Shown one piece after another: positions 31,298-40,435 of a stretch of 64,000 nucleotides of DNA (position 1 is its first letter; each line of letters begins with the position of its first letter). Origin of the DNA: an uncultured Phycisphaerales bacterium (GTDB taxonomy: Bacteria > Planctomycetota > Phycisphaerae > Tepidisphaerales > Tepidisphaeraceae). The translations under genes were made by a program, and so were the position numbers. The notes under the pieces are model-generated. The model searched no databases and was not told where the DNA came from. It was given only the letters and a program-made list of their open reading frames with translations. The stretch covers positions 640,001-704,000 of the forward strand of contig CAWJPJ010000006.1 in assembly GCA_963844715.1 (NCBI GenBank), read 5' to 3'.

Positions 31298-31615
31298 CCC
31301 ACTCAGTGGGAACCCGCCACACGGCGACAGAGAGCGAGGGAGCGTTGGTCAATTCGAGGCACAAAGCCCCTTCGGAATTTTGATGCCCAGCGATACCGTC
31401 GGTGCCGCCGCCGACTTCAAAAACTTCTGGTGATATAATTCGCTCGGCAATCATGAGCGAAGTGAGCTTGAACCACACGAAGGCCGGAAAATCATCAATC
31501 AAACGAAAGCGAACAGGTCTGAATTAAGGTCAACGCGGTGGCATCTTTAAAAGAACTGAGCGGGTTGATGGCATTCGGATAGGCTTTACACGCCGATCGT
31601 GCAACCGTCTAATTC

Positions 31616-32563
31616 GTGGTGATGTACCATGATTCGCCAGGTTCTGTGGTCGTGGTCACTTCCGCCGACGCGGGGCATTTTGAGCTGGCAAACGAATTGA
31701 TGGATTCCGTGCGGAGTCATCCCGGCCTCGCGCCCATCAAACTCGGCATGCTGGACTGCGGCCTCACAGACGCGCAGCGAGAATTGCTTATCGCGAAAGA
31801 TGTGTTGATCGTGCGCGCCCGATGGGAATTCGAGGAGGGTTTTCCGCCGGAAATGCCGACGGCGTGGCTCGCGTTGTGGTCGCGTCCATTTCTCCCGAGA
31901 TATTTCCGCGACTTCGACGTAATCGTCTACCTCGACAGCGATACTTGGGTGCAAATGGCCGATGGGATAGTGGACCTCGTTAACGGCGCCGAGCGCGCAG
32001 ATATTGCGGTCGTCCCGGAGATGCATCCGAGTTACCAGCATCTTTACTTTCCGCAGCATCCCGCCCGCAAATTGCACCGACACGCGTTTGCCCAGGTTTA
32101 CGGACAGCAGATTCCGGCTCCCATCGACGGCGTTGTTCTCAACTCAGGAATTTTTGCCGCACGGCTCGACAGCCGGCTATGGGCGGCTTGGGCGGCGAGT
32201 CTGGCCGAAGGATTGGAAATGGTCCGCAACGCGCTTCTGCCAGATGGCAGCCCCTTCTTTTCGGCGTGGCATCCAATCAACCACTTGATCGAGCAAAATG
32301 CCTTGAATCACGTGTTCAGCCAGAGAGGGTTGAAACTTCACACGATGTCAGCGCTTTACAACTTTATCTGCGGGTTGTCGAAACCGCTGTTCGACGCGGA
32401 CAGCCGGAAGCTGGTCGAACCGTCTGCCCCGTATGCTCCGATCCGAGTCATTCACCTTTCCCCCGATGGGAAACGAGCGACCACGGTATTGGATCGGCAC
32501 GGCCACACGCATCGTCACGGCCTCCGCTGGTCCGACTGGCGGGAAATCGTTAGCGGACATTGA
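31616..32563 (+). CDS. GT-A fold glycosyltransferase (GT8-like)
   Basis: YLDSDTWVQ (DxD), LNSGIF, IEQNALN, YNF, IHL. Confidence 0.75.
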   Translation: MVMYHDSPGSVVVVTSADAGHFELANELMDSVRSHPGLAPIKLGMLDCGLTDAQRELLIAKDVLIVRARWEFEEGFPPEMPTAWLALWSRPFLPRYFRDFDVIVYLDSDTWVQMADGIVDLVNGAERADIAVVPEMHPSYQHLYFPQHPARKLHRHAFAQVYGQQIPAPIDGVVLNSGIFAARLDSRLWAAWAASLAEGLEMVRNALLPDGSPFFSAWHPINHLIEQNALNHVFSQRGLKLHTMSALYNFICGLSKPLFDADSRKLVEPSAPYAPIRVIHLSPDGKRATTVLDRHGHTHRHGLRWSDWREIVSGH

Positions 32564-32690
32564 AGGCAACAACGGAATGAAACCGGGACGTGCGCGCTTC
32601 ACATCCGGGGGGTTGGACGGAGTAGAATGCCCCACGGCGGCGCCGTGGGCGTTATTGAGATGGGCGAGGGATTCGTAGCACGCTCGCGAT

Positions 32691-33680
32691 TTATGGTTTG
32701 CGGCGCATGAACTCGCGAATGAGATCGGCGATTTCGTCGGCGGCGGTATCCAGGGCGAAATGGCCGGCGTCCAGGATGTGCACCTCCGCCTTGGGGACGT
32801 CGCGGCGGTAGGATTCGGGTTCGGACAAGTCGAACGATGGATCGTACTTTCCCCAGATCACAAGAAGCCGGGGCTGAGTCTTTTGCATCCAGGCTTGCCA
32901 CTTGGGGTATGACTCGACGTTGGTGCGGTAGTCAAAGAAAAGATCGCTTTGGATGTCGGGTTCGCCGGGTTTGTTGAGGAAGGCGTATTCATCGGTCCAG
33001 AGATCGGGGTCGTATTTCTCGGGATTCGGGTCGCTGCCGACGTGCCGCGTGCGCGTGGTTTCGAAAGACAGAAGATTTTTCCGCAACGCCGCTTCGTTGG
33101 CGGCGCGGTCGGCCCAGAAGGCGCGGCGGGTTTTCCAGTTGGCGCCCAATCCCTCGTTGTGGGCGACGGCATTCTGCACAATCAACGCCTCGATGCGCTC
33201 TGGATGCGCAAGGGCCATGCGAAAACCAACGGGACCGCCGTAGTCCTGCATGTAGAGCGTATATTTGCTCAGGCCCAGCGCTTCGGTGAAGCGATCCATC
33301 TCGCGGGCAATGTTGTCGAATGTGTATTGATAGTCCTTGGCGGAGGGCGCATCACTGTGCCCGAAGCCCGGATAATCCGGCGCGATCATGTGATACTTGT
33401 CCGACAGCCGAGACAGCAGCGGTTCGAACATGCGCGACGAGGACGGCAGTCCGTGCAGCAGCAAAATAACGGGTGCGTCTTTCGGGCCCGCTTCGCGATA
33501 GAAGATATTCAGGCCATCCACCTTGATGGTGTGATACGTCGTACGTGTTTCCATCGTGGATTCCTTTGAATCAGCGAGAATATCGCCTGAAAGAATGAGC
33601 GTGGCGGCCACGCCGAGCCACGCTATTTGCCGCAATGAGATGCGATTCACGTGCTCGTGCGATTGTCCGCTCAACATCAT
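32691..33680 (-). CDS. Alpha/beta hydrolase (epoxide hydrolase / dehalogenase-like, Asp nucleophile)
   Basis: LLHGLPSSS, PDYPGFGHS, QDYGGPVG, WGKYD, AGHFAL. Confidence 0.9.
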   Translation of the reverse strand: MMLSGQSHEHVNRISLRQIAWLGVAATLILSGDILADSKESTMETRTTYHTIKVDGLNIFYREAGPKDAPVILLLHGLPSSSRMFEPLLSRLSDKYHMIAPDYPGFGHSDAPSAKDYQYTFDNIAREMDRFTEALGLSKYTLYMQDYGGPVGFRMALAHPERIEALIVQNAVAHNEGLGANWKTRRAFWADRAANEAALRKNLLSFETTRTRHVGSDPNPEKYDPDLWTDEYAFLNKPGEPDIQSDLFFDYRTNVESYPKWQAWMQKTQPRLLVIWGKYDPSFDLSEPESYRRDVPKAEVHILDAGHFALDTAADEIADLIREFMRRKP

Positions 33681-34618
33681 TTTCCCCTGGGAATGAACCC
33701 GGGAACGCCGGTCTGGACCACGGCATTAAACCTGACCCGCGCGGTGACTCCATCGCTGATCTCGCGGATGGCGTCTTGCGGGAGGGCGGAAACTTGAAAG
33801 TTCTCCTGGATGCGGCTGGGATTTTTGGAGGTCGTCAGAGGAGCCGTCCCGCGCTGGATGGCCCAGGCGAGCAAGACTTGAGCGGGAGTCTTTTTGACTC
33901 GCTGGGAGATGGCGACGATGACGGGATCCTGCATCAAATTGGGATCGCTACTGTGGCCCAGGGCCGCGAAAGCCTGGAGGACGATGCCGTTGCTTTTGCA
34001 ATAGTTCAAAAGATCCCATTGCGGCAGATAAGGATGGGATTCGACGTGAACCACCGCGGGCTTAATCGTCGCGGATTTAACGATATCCTGCACCTGTTCC
34101 AGGCTGACGTCGGATAATCCGATGGCTTTACATTTGCCGTCTTTCACGAGGCCCTCCATCCCCCTCCACGTATCCTGCAAGGTCACCCCTTTGTCATAAA
34201 TCACATTGCCGTTGGCATCTCTCGGATCTTGGTTGTCTCCGGGTTGGAAAGCGAAGGGGGTGTGGATGAGATAGAGATCGGCGAAATCGAGTTGAAGTCT
34301 CTGAAGACTGGCCTCGCAGGCGGGTTTGACGCGTTCGGGGCGATGATTTGTGTTCCACAGCTTTGTGATGACAAAAACGTCTTCGCGCTTGATCTTCCCG
34401 GCCTTGAAGACCTCCTGCATCGCTTCGCCGACTTCTGTTTCGGTGTGGTAACGTTCGGCGGTGTCGAGCAGGCGAAATCCTGTTTCCAGCGCCGCCTTGG
34501 TGGCGGCTCTGGTTGCCACGGGGTCGGGGATGAGTGTGCCAAAGCCGAGCGCCGGCATGGCGCTGGAGCCATTGTTGAGGGGTATTTTCGTATATCGGAG
34601 GTCGTCGGGATTCACCAT
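33677..34618 (-). CDS. Aldo/keto reductase
   Basis: LGFGT, DTAERY, TKLWN, DLYLIH, KAIGLS, AQVLLAW; AGGAG RBS before ATG 34618. Confidence 0.92.
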   Translation of the reverse strand: MVNPDDLRYTKIPLNNGSSAMPALGFGTLIPDPVATRAATKAALETGFRLLDTAERYHTETEVGEAMQEVFKAGKIKREDVFVITKLWNTNHRPERVKPACEASLQRLQLDFADLYLIHTPFAFQPGDNQDPRDANGNVIYDKGVTLQDTWRGMEGLVKDGKCKAIGLSDVSLEQVQDIVKSATIKPAVVHVESHPYLPQWDLLNYCKSNGIVLQAFAALGHSSDPNLMQDPVIVAISQRVKKTPAQVLLAWAIQRGTAPLTTSKNPSRIQENFQVSALPQDAIREISDGVTARVRFNAVVQTGVPGFIPRGK

Positions 34619-34746
34619 TTTTTTACTCCTTGAATGTCTTCGGGCTCTATTGTGAATCAATCCGATTTAACTTCCCAGATCACTTCCAACTCGACTGGGG
34701 AGCCGAAAGGGTTGCGGCGTCGCTCATCATTACAACCTCATGCGGC

Positions 34747-35475
34747 TTACCAGCACCCCATGTGAGCGCCGCCGTCAACATAAAGGATGTGACCCGTGAT
34801 CGATTCGGAGTCGGTCAGATACATTACCGCGTCGGCGATTTCCTTGGCCGATGATGGGCGGCCCATGGGAGATCGGCGCTCCATCTCCTCGTCCGGCGTA
34901 TTGCCTTGCATGGGGGTATCGACGACGCCGGGGGCGACGGCGTTCACGCGAATGCCATCCTTGGCGTATTCCATCGCCAGTTGCTGCGTGACGGTGGCGA
35001 GGCCGCCTTTGGTGATCATGGGGACTGAGGCGGTCGTGCCGCGGATGGGGTTGCGAACCAGAGCGGCGGTGATCGTCACGATGCTGCCGCCGGATTGGCT
35101 CGCCAGCATTTGCTTGATGGCCAGTTGGGTGATGTAGAGAAATCCCTCGACGTTGGTTGAAACCAGCGATCTGAGATCCTCAGCCGTGTAATCGACGAAG
35201 GGCTTGCTGAAGATGATCCCGGCGTTGTTGACGAGCACATCGATGGACCCGAAGCGATCGAGGGCCGTTTGGGCGATTTTGGCGGCGGTTTCGGGAAGCC
35301 CGATGTCGCCATCGACGAGGGCGACTTGCTGGGAAGCCGTGACTTCCATGGATTGGCTGATCTTCCGGGAATTGGCGACGACGTTATAGCCGCGTTCCAC
35401 GAATGCGTTGACGACCGCCGCGCCGATTCCCTGCGAGGCGCCGGTGACGAGGGCTGTTTTGTTTGAATTGCTCAC
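34747..35475 (-). CDS. Short-chain dehydrogenase/reductase
   Basis: TGASQGIG, NNAG, IRVNAVAPG, VDGG; start placed at GTG 35475. Confidence 0.9.
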   Translation of the reverse strand: MSNSNKTALVTGASQGIGAAVVNAFVERGYNVVANSRKISQSMEVTASQQVALVDGDIGLPETAAKIAQTALDRFGSIDVLVNNAGIIFSKPFVDYTAEDLRSLVSTNVEGFLYITQLAIKQMLASQSGGSIVTITAALVRNPIRGTTASVPMITKGGLATVTQQLAMEYAKDGIRVNAVAPGVVDTPMQGNTPDEEMERRSPMGRPSSAKEIADAVMYLTDSESITGHILYVDGGAHMGCW

Positions 35476-35618
35476 GTTGGCTGGTGCTCGCTGAAAAAGA
35501 ATAACTGTTCGCGCGGGATTACAATATACAGGATCGGGAAGTGAGTCAGCGCGAGAAAATCGCATTTAGCGGAAAGAAGATCTTTACAAAACTTTACAAT
35601 TTGGCGATCGGCCGGTGC

Positions 35619-38600
35619 CTACGACGTGGGCGAGGAGGCTGAGCGTTTTTCCCAAGCGGATTTGAGGAGATTTTTTAGAGCCATGAGAACGGTTTCGGGA
35701 GTCATAAAGCTCGGGGGCATGCGCAGATAGACGGTTTTTTCGTCGATGACGCTGAGGCGCCCGGCGCGCCGGTTAAGCCGGCCTGGGCGAGCTTGGCGTC
35801 GGCGACCGTGAAAATAATGTCCGGGTCCTTCTTGATGATGCTCTCGATACCGAAGAGACCGGCGAGCAGGCGCAGCTCGGTCATGGCCAGGAGCAAAATC
35901 GCTTGGCGGGGGGGATCGCCGAAGGCGTCGGAGAGGTCGTGCTCGATGGTGTGGAGCATTTCCAGGGAGTCGCAGCGGGCCAGACGACGGTAGGCATCCA
36001 TGCGCTGACGATCGGCGGTGATCCATTCGCGCGGAATCAGGGCGGAGACGCCGATGTCGACGTGGGCTTCGGGCCGGGAGGGTTTGGGTTCGTTCTTGAG
36101 CTGGCGGGTGGCGTCCTCGAGAAGGTTGCAATACATCTCGTAACCGACGGCGGCGATGTGGCCGCTTTGTTCGGGGCCGAGGATGTTGCCGGCGCCGCGG
36201 ATTTCCAGGTCGCGCATGGCGATCTTGAAGCCGGCGCCGAGATGGCTGTATTCCTCGATAGCCTTGAGGCGTTTGCCGGCGATGGGCGTGACCGGGCGAT
36301 CGGCCGGCAATAATAGATAGCAATAGGCGCGATTTTTGTAGCGGCCTACGCGGCCGCGGAGCTGGTGCAATTCGCTGAGGCCGAAGCGATCGGCGTTGTT
36401 GATGAAAATCGTGTTGGCGTTGGGGATATCCAGGCCGCTTTCGATGATGGTGGTGCAGACGAGAATGTCCGCCTCGTGGCGGATGAATTTGAGCATGACG
36501 TCTTCGAGTTCGCCTTCCTCCATCTGGCCGTGGCCGATAAGAATGCGGGCGTCGGGGGCAAGTTTTAGAATTTCATCCGCCACTTCGGCGATGTTGTAGA
36601 CGCGGTTATGGACGAAGTAGACCTGACCCTCGCGGTTGAGCTCGCGCAAAATCGCCTGGCGGATGCGCTGTTTGTCGTAGGCGATCACTTCCGTGACGAT
36701 GCTCCGGCGATCCTGGGGGGCGGTGGCCAGCGAACTGATGTCGCGCAGGCCGAGCATGCTCATGTGAAGGGTTCGGGGGATGGGCGTGGCGGACATGGTT
36801 AAGACGTCCACAGTGCGGCGCATCTGCTTGAGGCGTTCCTTGTGGGTGACGCCGAAGCGCTGCTCTTCGTCGACGACGACGAGGCCGAGGTCGGCGAATT
36901 TGACATCGCCGCTGAGAAGTCGATGCGTGCCGATGAGGATGTCGATCTCGCCGGCGGCGACGCGGCGCAGGATGGCTTTTTGCTCCTTGGGGGTTTTGAA
37001 TCGGCTGATCGATTCGATGTGAAACGGATAATTGACCATGCGCTCGTGGAAGGTGCGATCGTGCTGCTCGGCCAATACGGTTGTGGGGACAAGCACAGCG
37101 GCTTGCTTTCCGAATTCCACGGCTTTGAAAATGGCGCGCATGGCGAGTTCGGTTTTTCCGTAGCCGACGTCGCCACAGAGAAGGCGGTCCATCGGCTGCT
37201 GGCGCTGCATATCCTGCTTGATCTCCTCGGCGCCGGTGATTTGATCGGGCGTGGGTTCGTAGGGGAACTCGGCCTCGAATTCCTGTTGCCAGGCGGTGTC
37301 GGGGGGATAGGCGAGGCCGGGTTCGGCGGCTCGCGCGGCTTGAATCTCCAGCAATTCGGCGGCCATGTCCATCACGGCTTCGGAAACTTTCGCCTTTTGC
37401 TTTTCCCACGACCCGCTGCCGAGGCGGGAGAGTTGGGGATGGCCTTTGAATCCGCCGGCATATTTCTGGATGAGGTTGATTCGATTCGCCGGAACGTGGA
37501 GGACGGCGTTGTCCGCGAAGCGCAGGGTGAGGTATTCTTCGCTGCGGCCGTCCTTAATCATCGTGTGCATGCCGGTGAATTTGGCGATCCCGTGGGCGAC
37601 GTGGACAACGTAATCGCCTTCCTTCAAATCGAGGAAGGAATCAATGGGGCGCGAGGCGACAACCTTGGCGACGCGGCGCCGCTTGCTCGTAACGATGGAA
37701 CAGTTCGTGATGGCCGAGCAGAGCCAGCGGCTTTTCCCCGGCCCCCACTTCTTCCCAGACGAAACCGCGGTGGAGATAGCCGATGGGGAGCTCGATCTTT
37801 TCGGATAGTCCCGGGGCTTTTTGTTCGAGCAATTCGGAGAATCGCTGGCGCTCGCCTTCGTTTTCGCAGAAGACGGCGGTTTGATGCGTCTGGGCAAGTT
37901 CGTCGAGTTCCCCAATCGCCTTGGCGGCCTCGGTCTCGAATCTTTGCAGGGAGCCGACGGGCAGACGCACGTGACCGCCTTGCCCGGAAAGAAAGGTGGT
38001 ACCCCCCTGCTCGAATTGGCTCATCTCGACACGGGTGAATCTCTCGGCATGCCGAAGGACGGCGCTGAGTGGATAAATTCCGCGCTCGTCCTGCAAGCGG
38101 TCGAGATAACTTTTGGCCTGCTCGGCGATCTCGAGGGCGCCCAGAGGGCGACGATCGAATTTTCGCGCAGGTATTGGAGGAAGCTCGCGGACTCGCCGGC
38201 CTCCGGCAATGCGCCGCGGATGTCCATCACCACGATGGAATCCAGTTTTTCACTGGAGCCGAGGGATTCGGGATCGAACCCGCGGATGGATTCGATCTGG
38301 TCGCCCAAGAAGTCGACGCGGACGGGCAGGCCCATGCGGGTTCCGGCGGATTCGAACAAGCCGGGGATATAGATATCGACGATGCCGCCCCGGACGGCGA
38401 AATCGCCAGGGACTTCAACCTGGTCGAGGCGGTTGTAACCATGCTCGGAGAGCCAGACGATCAGTTTTTCGATCTCAAGGGACTGACCCGCGCGCAGGGT
38501 TTGGATGAGGTAGTCGAGCTGCTTGCGCGACGGGACGGATTGCATGAGGGATTGGATCGAGGCGACCAGGACGCCGGAGACCTCGGGATCGGTTCCGGCG

Positions 38601-38936
38601 GCGTAACGCGCGACCAACCGCATGCGATTGGAGACCTGTTCCTCGCTGGCGCGGCCGAGGGTCCCCGCTAATTCGAGCGCGGGCAAAACCTGGGGGCGGG
38701 TTCGGGAAAAGAGTTCCACATCGTCGGCGAGGTCGTCCGCTTCATCGACGTGGCCGCAAACGAGGAGAATGGGTCGGTCAAGCTGCTTCCGCAAGACCGC
38801 CAAAACAGCGGCGACACTGCTGCCCCAGAGTCCGGAGACGCTGATGGCGGAGGATTGGCGCAGTTTTTCCGCCAAATCGAGCAGCGGGCGGCGCAGCAAC
38901 AACCCGCCCGACCGCATCGGGTGGTGAGGTACTCAT
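35619..38936 (-). CDS. mfd: Transcription-repair coupling factor; frameshifts near 38890, 38120, 37690 and 35760
   Basis: GDFAVRGGIVDI, GDYVVHVAHGI, DRLLCGDVGYGKTE, DEEQRFG, SATPIPRT, QLRGRVGR, DLEIRGAGN. Confidence 0.95.
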
Positions 38937-38989
38937 CTCGTGCGAACATGGTAGCGCGATGCGAGCGGCGCGTAAAGGCCGGGCCCCGA

Positions 38990-40420
38990 TTAAAGAAGTG
39001 GAGAGAGAAGCGAGACGGCAGTGTCGGCGTATTGTGTCCATCTGGGGCGCTGGTCCCAGATGGCTTTTTCGACTTTGTCGGATTGGGCGAGGAACCCGCG
39101 CTGAATCTGGCGGACGGATTCGGTGACGGTCGGGCCATACAAGATCAGGTTCAATTCGAAATTGAGATTGAAACTGCGGACATCGAGATTCGCGGAGCCG
39201 AAGATGGCGAAGGCATTATCAACCGTCATGGTTTTGGCATGAAGGAGCCCGGGATTGAAGAGATGGATATCGATTCCCGAGGCGAGGAGATCGGCGAAAT
39301 GGGCTCGACCGGCCAGGGCGGTCGCGACCTGATCGCCCCGCCGGGGCAGCATGAGGGTGACTTTGACCCCGCGGTCGGCGGCCATGAGGAGGGAGAGCAT
39401 GGTGGTTTCGTCGGGGACGAAATAGGGCGTCGTCATCATTAATTGTTCTCGCGAGCACTGAATTGCCGCCAGCGCGAGACGGCGATAGGTGGCCTCGGGG
39501 CCGAGGGGACCGGTGGGGACAGCCTGCATGGCGACGTCTCCGGCGCTCGCCTGGGCGTCGTCGGGCGGGAGGGGGACTTCCTGGCCGGTTTCGAAATACC
39601 AGTCCTCGGCGAAGATGGTCGCCAGATCGGTCACGATGGGGCCGCGGAATGTGCCGGTTGCGTCGAACCACGGATTTCCGCGGCGGCCGCCATAATGCTC
39701 GTCGATGAGATTGTGACTCCCCATGAGGGCGACCTTGTTGTCGATGATGGCGAGCTTGCGGTGATTGCGCAAATCCATGCGAGCGAAACGGCGGCGAACG
39801 AGGGCGACGGGGAGCGCGGCGGCGACCTGAACTCCGCCGGATTTGAGGGCCCGGGCAAGCCCGCCGCGGCCGAAGAACGTGCGCGAGGCAACGGCATCGG
39901 CGAGGACGCGGCAATGTACTCCGCGGCGAACCGCCGCCACGAGCGCGTCGGAAACGCGCTGGGAGGGATCGTCGTTGGCGAAAATGTAATAGAGAAGATG
40001 AGCCGATTCCTTCGCGCCTTCGATCTGGGCGATCAAATCTTCGACGAACTTGGGGGACGCGGTTTGGAAAGTAACCTGATTGCCACCGGCGACGGGGAAG
40101 CCGGCGATGGACTCCGCCTGGCGGACGATGGGGCGCACGGATTCGGGAAGATCGAGAGTCGATTGATTCTGTGGGCGCTGGCGATGACGGGCGGGATCGC
40201 GAAAGCGATTGGAGACGCGAATGTGGCGCTCGGCACGGCGCGGACCGAGGCGGCTTTCGCCGACCAGAAGGTACAGCGTACCGCCGATATAGGGATGCAG
40301 GAAGACGATCATGAGCCAGGCGAGAGAGGCGCCCGGCGCAAGTTGCCGCCGAAGAACGATGGGGACCATCCCCGCCCGGATGCACCACCCAATCGCGAGG
40401 TAGCAGATGAACCAGGACAT
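38990..40420 (-). CDS. cls: Cardiolipin synthase
   Basis: N-terminal TM pair; two HKD motifs RNHRKLAIID and LHAKTMTVD; GSANLDVRSF. Confidence 0.92.
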   Translation of the reverse strand: MSWFICYLAIGWCIRAGMVPIVLRRQLAPGASLAWLMIVFLHPYIGGTLYLLVGESRLGPRRAERHIRVSNRFRDPARHRQRPQNQSTLDLPESVRPIVRQAESIAGFPVAGGNQVTFQTASPKFVEDLIAQIEGAKESAHLLYYIFANDDPSQRVSDALVAAVRRGVHCRVLADAVASRTFFGRGGLARALKSGGVQVAAALPVALVRRRFARMDLRNHRKLAIIDNKVALMGSHNLIDEHYGGRRGNPWFDATGTFRGPIVTDLATIFAEDWYFETGQEVPLPPDDAQASAGDVAMQAVPTGPLGPEATYRRLALAAIQCSREQLMMTTPYFVPDETTMLSLLMAADRGVKVTLMLPRRGDQVATALAGRAHFADLLASGIDIHLFNPGLLHAKTMTVDNAFAIFGSANLDVRSFNLNFELNLILYGPTVTESVRQIQRGFLAQSDKVEKAIWDQRPRWTQYADTAVSLLSPLL

Positions 40421-40435
40421 GCGGTAGCGGAGACG

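Noticed and set aside
31251..31502. 83-aa minus-strand ORF after the immunity gene
   Set aside because: No motif or clear RBS; cannot be supported as a gene
1..38936. Frameshifts in argS, aroF, mfd, the CNNM gene, the HD gene and others as pseudogenes or programmed frameshifting
   Set aside because: They hit essential and conserved genes at scattered positions, often near homopolymers, with otherwise intact motifs; sequencing/consensus error is far more likely
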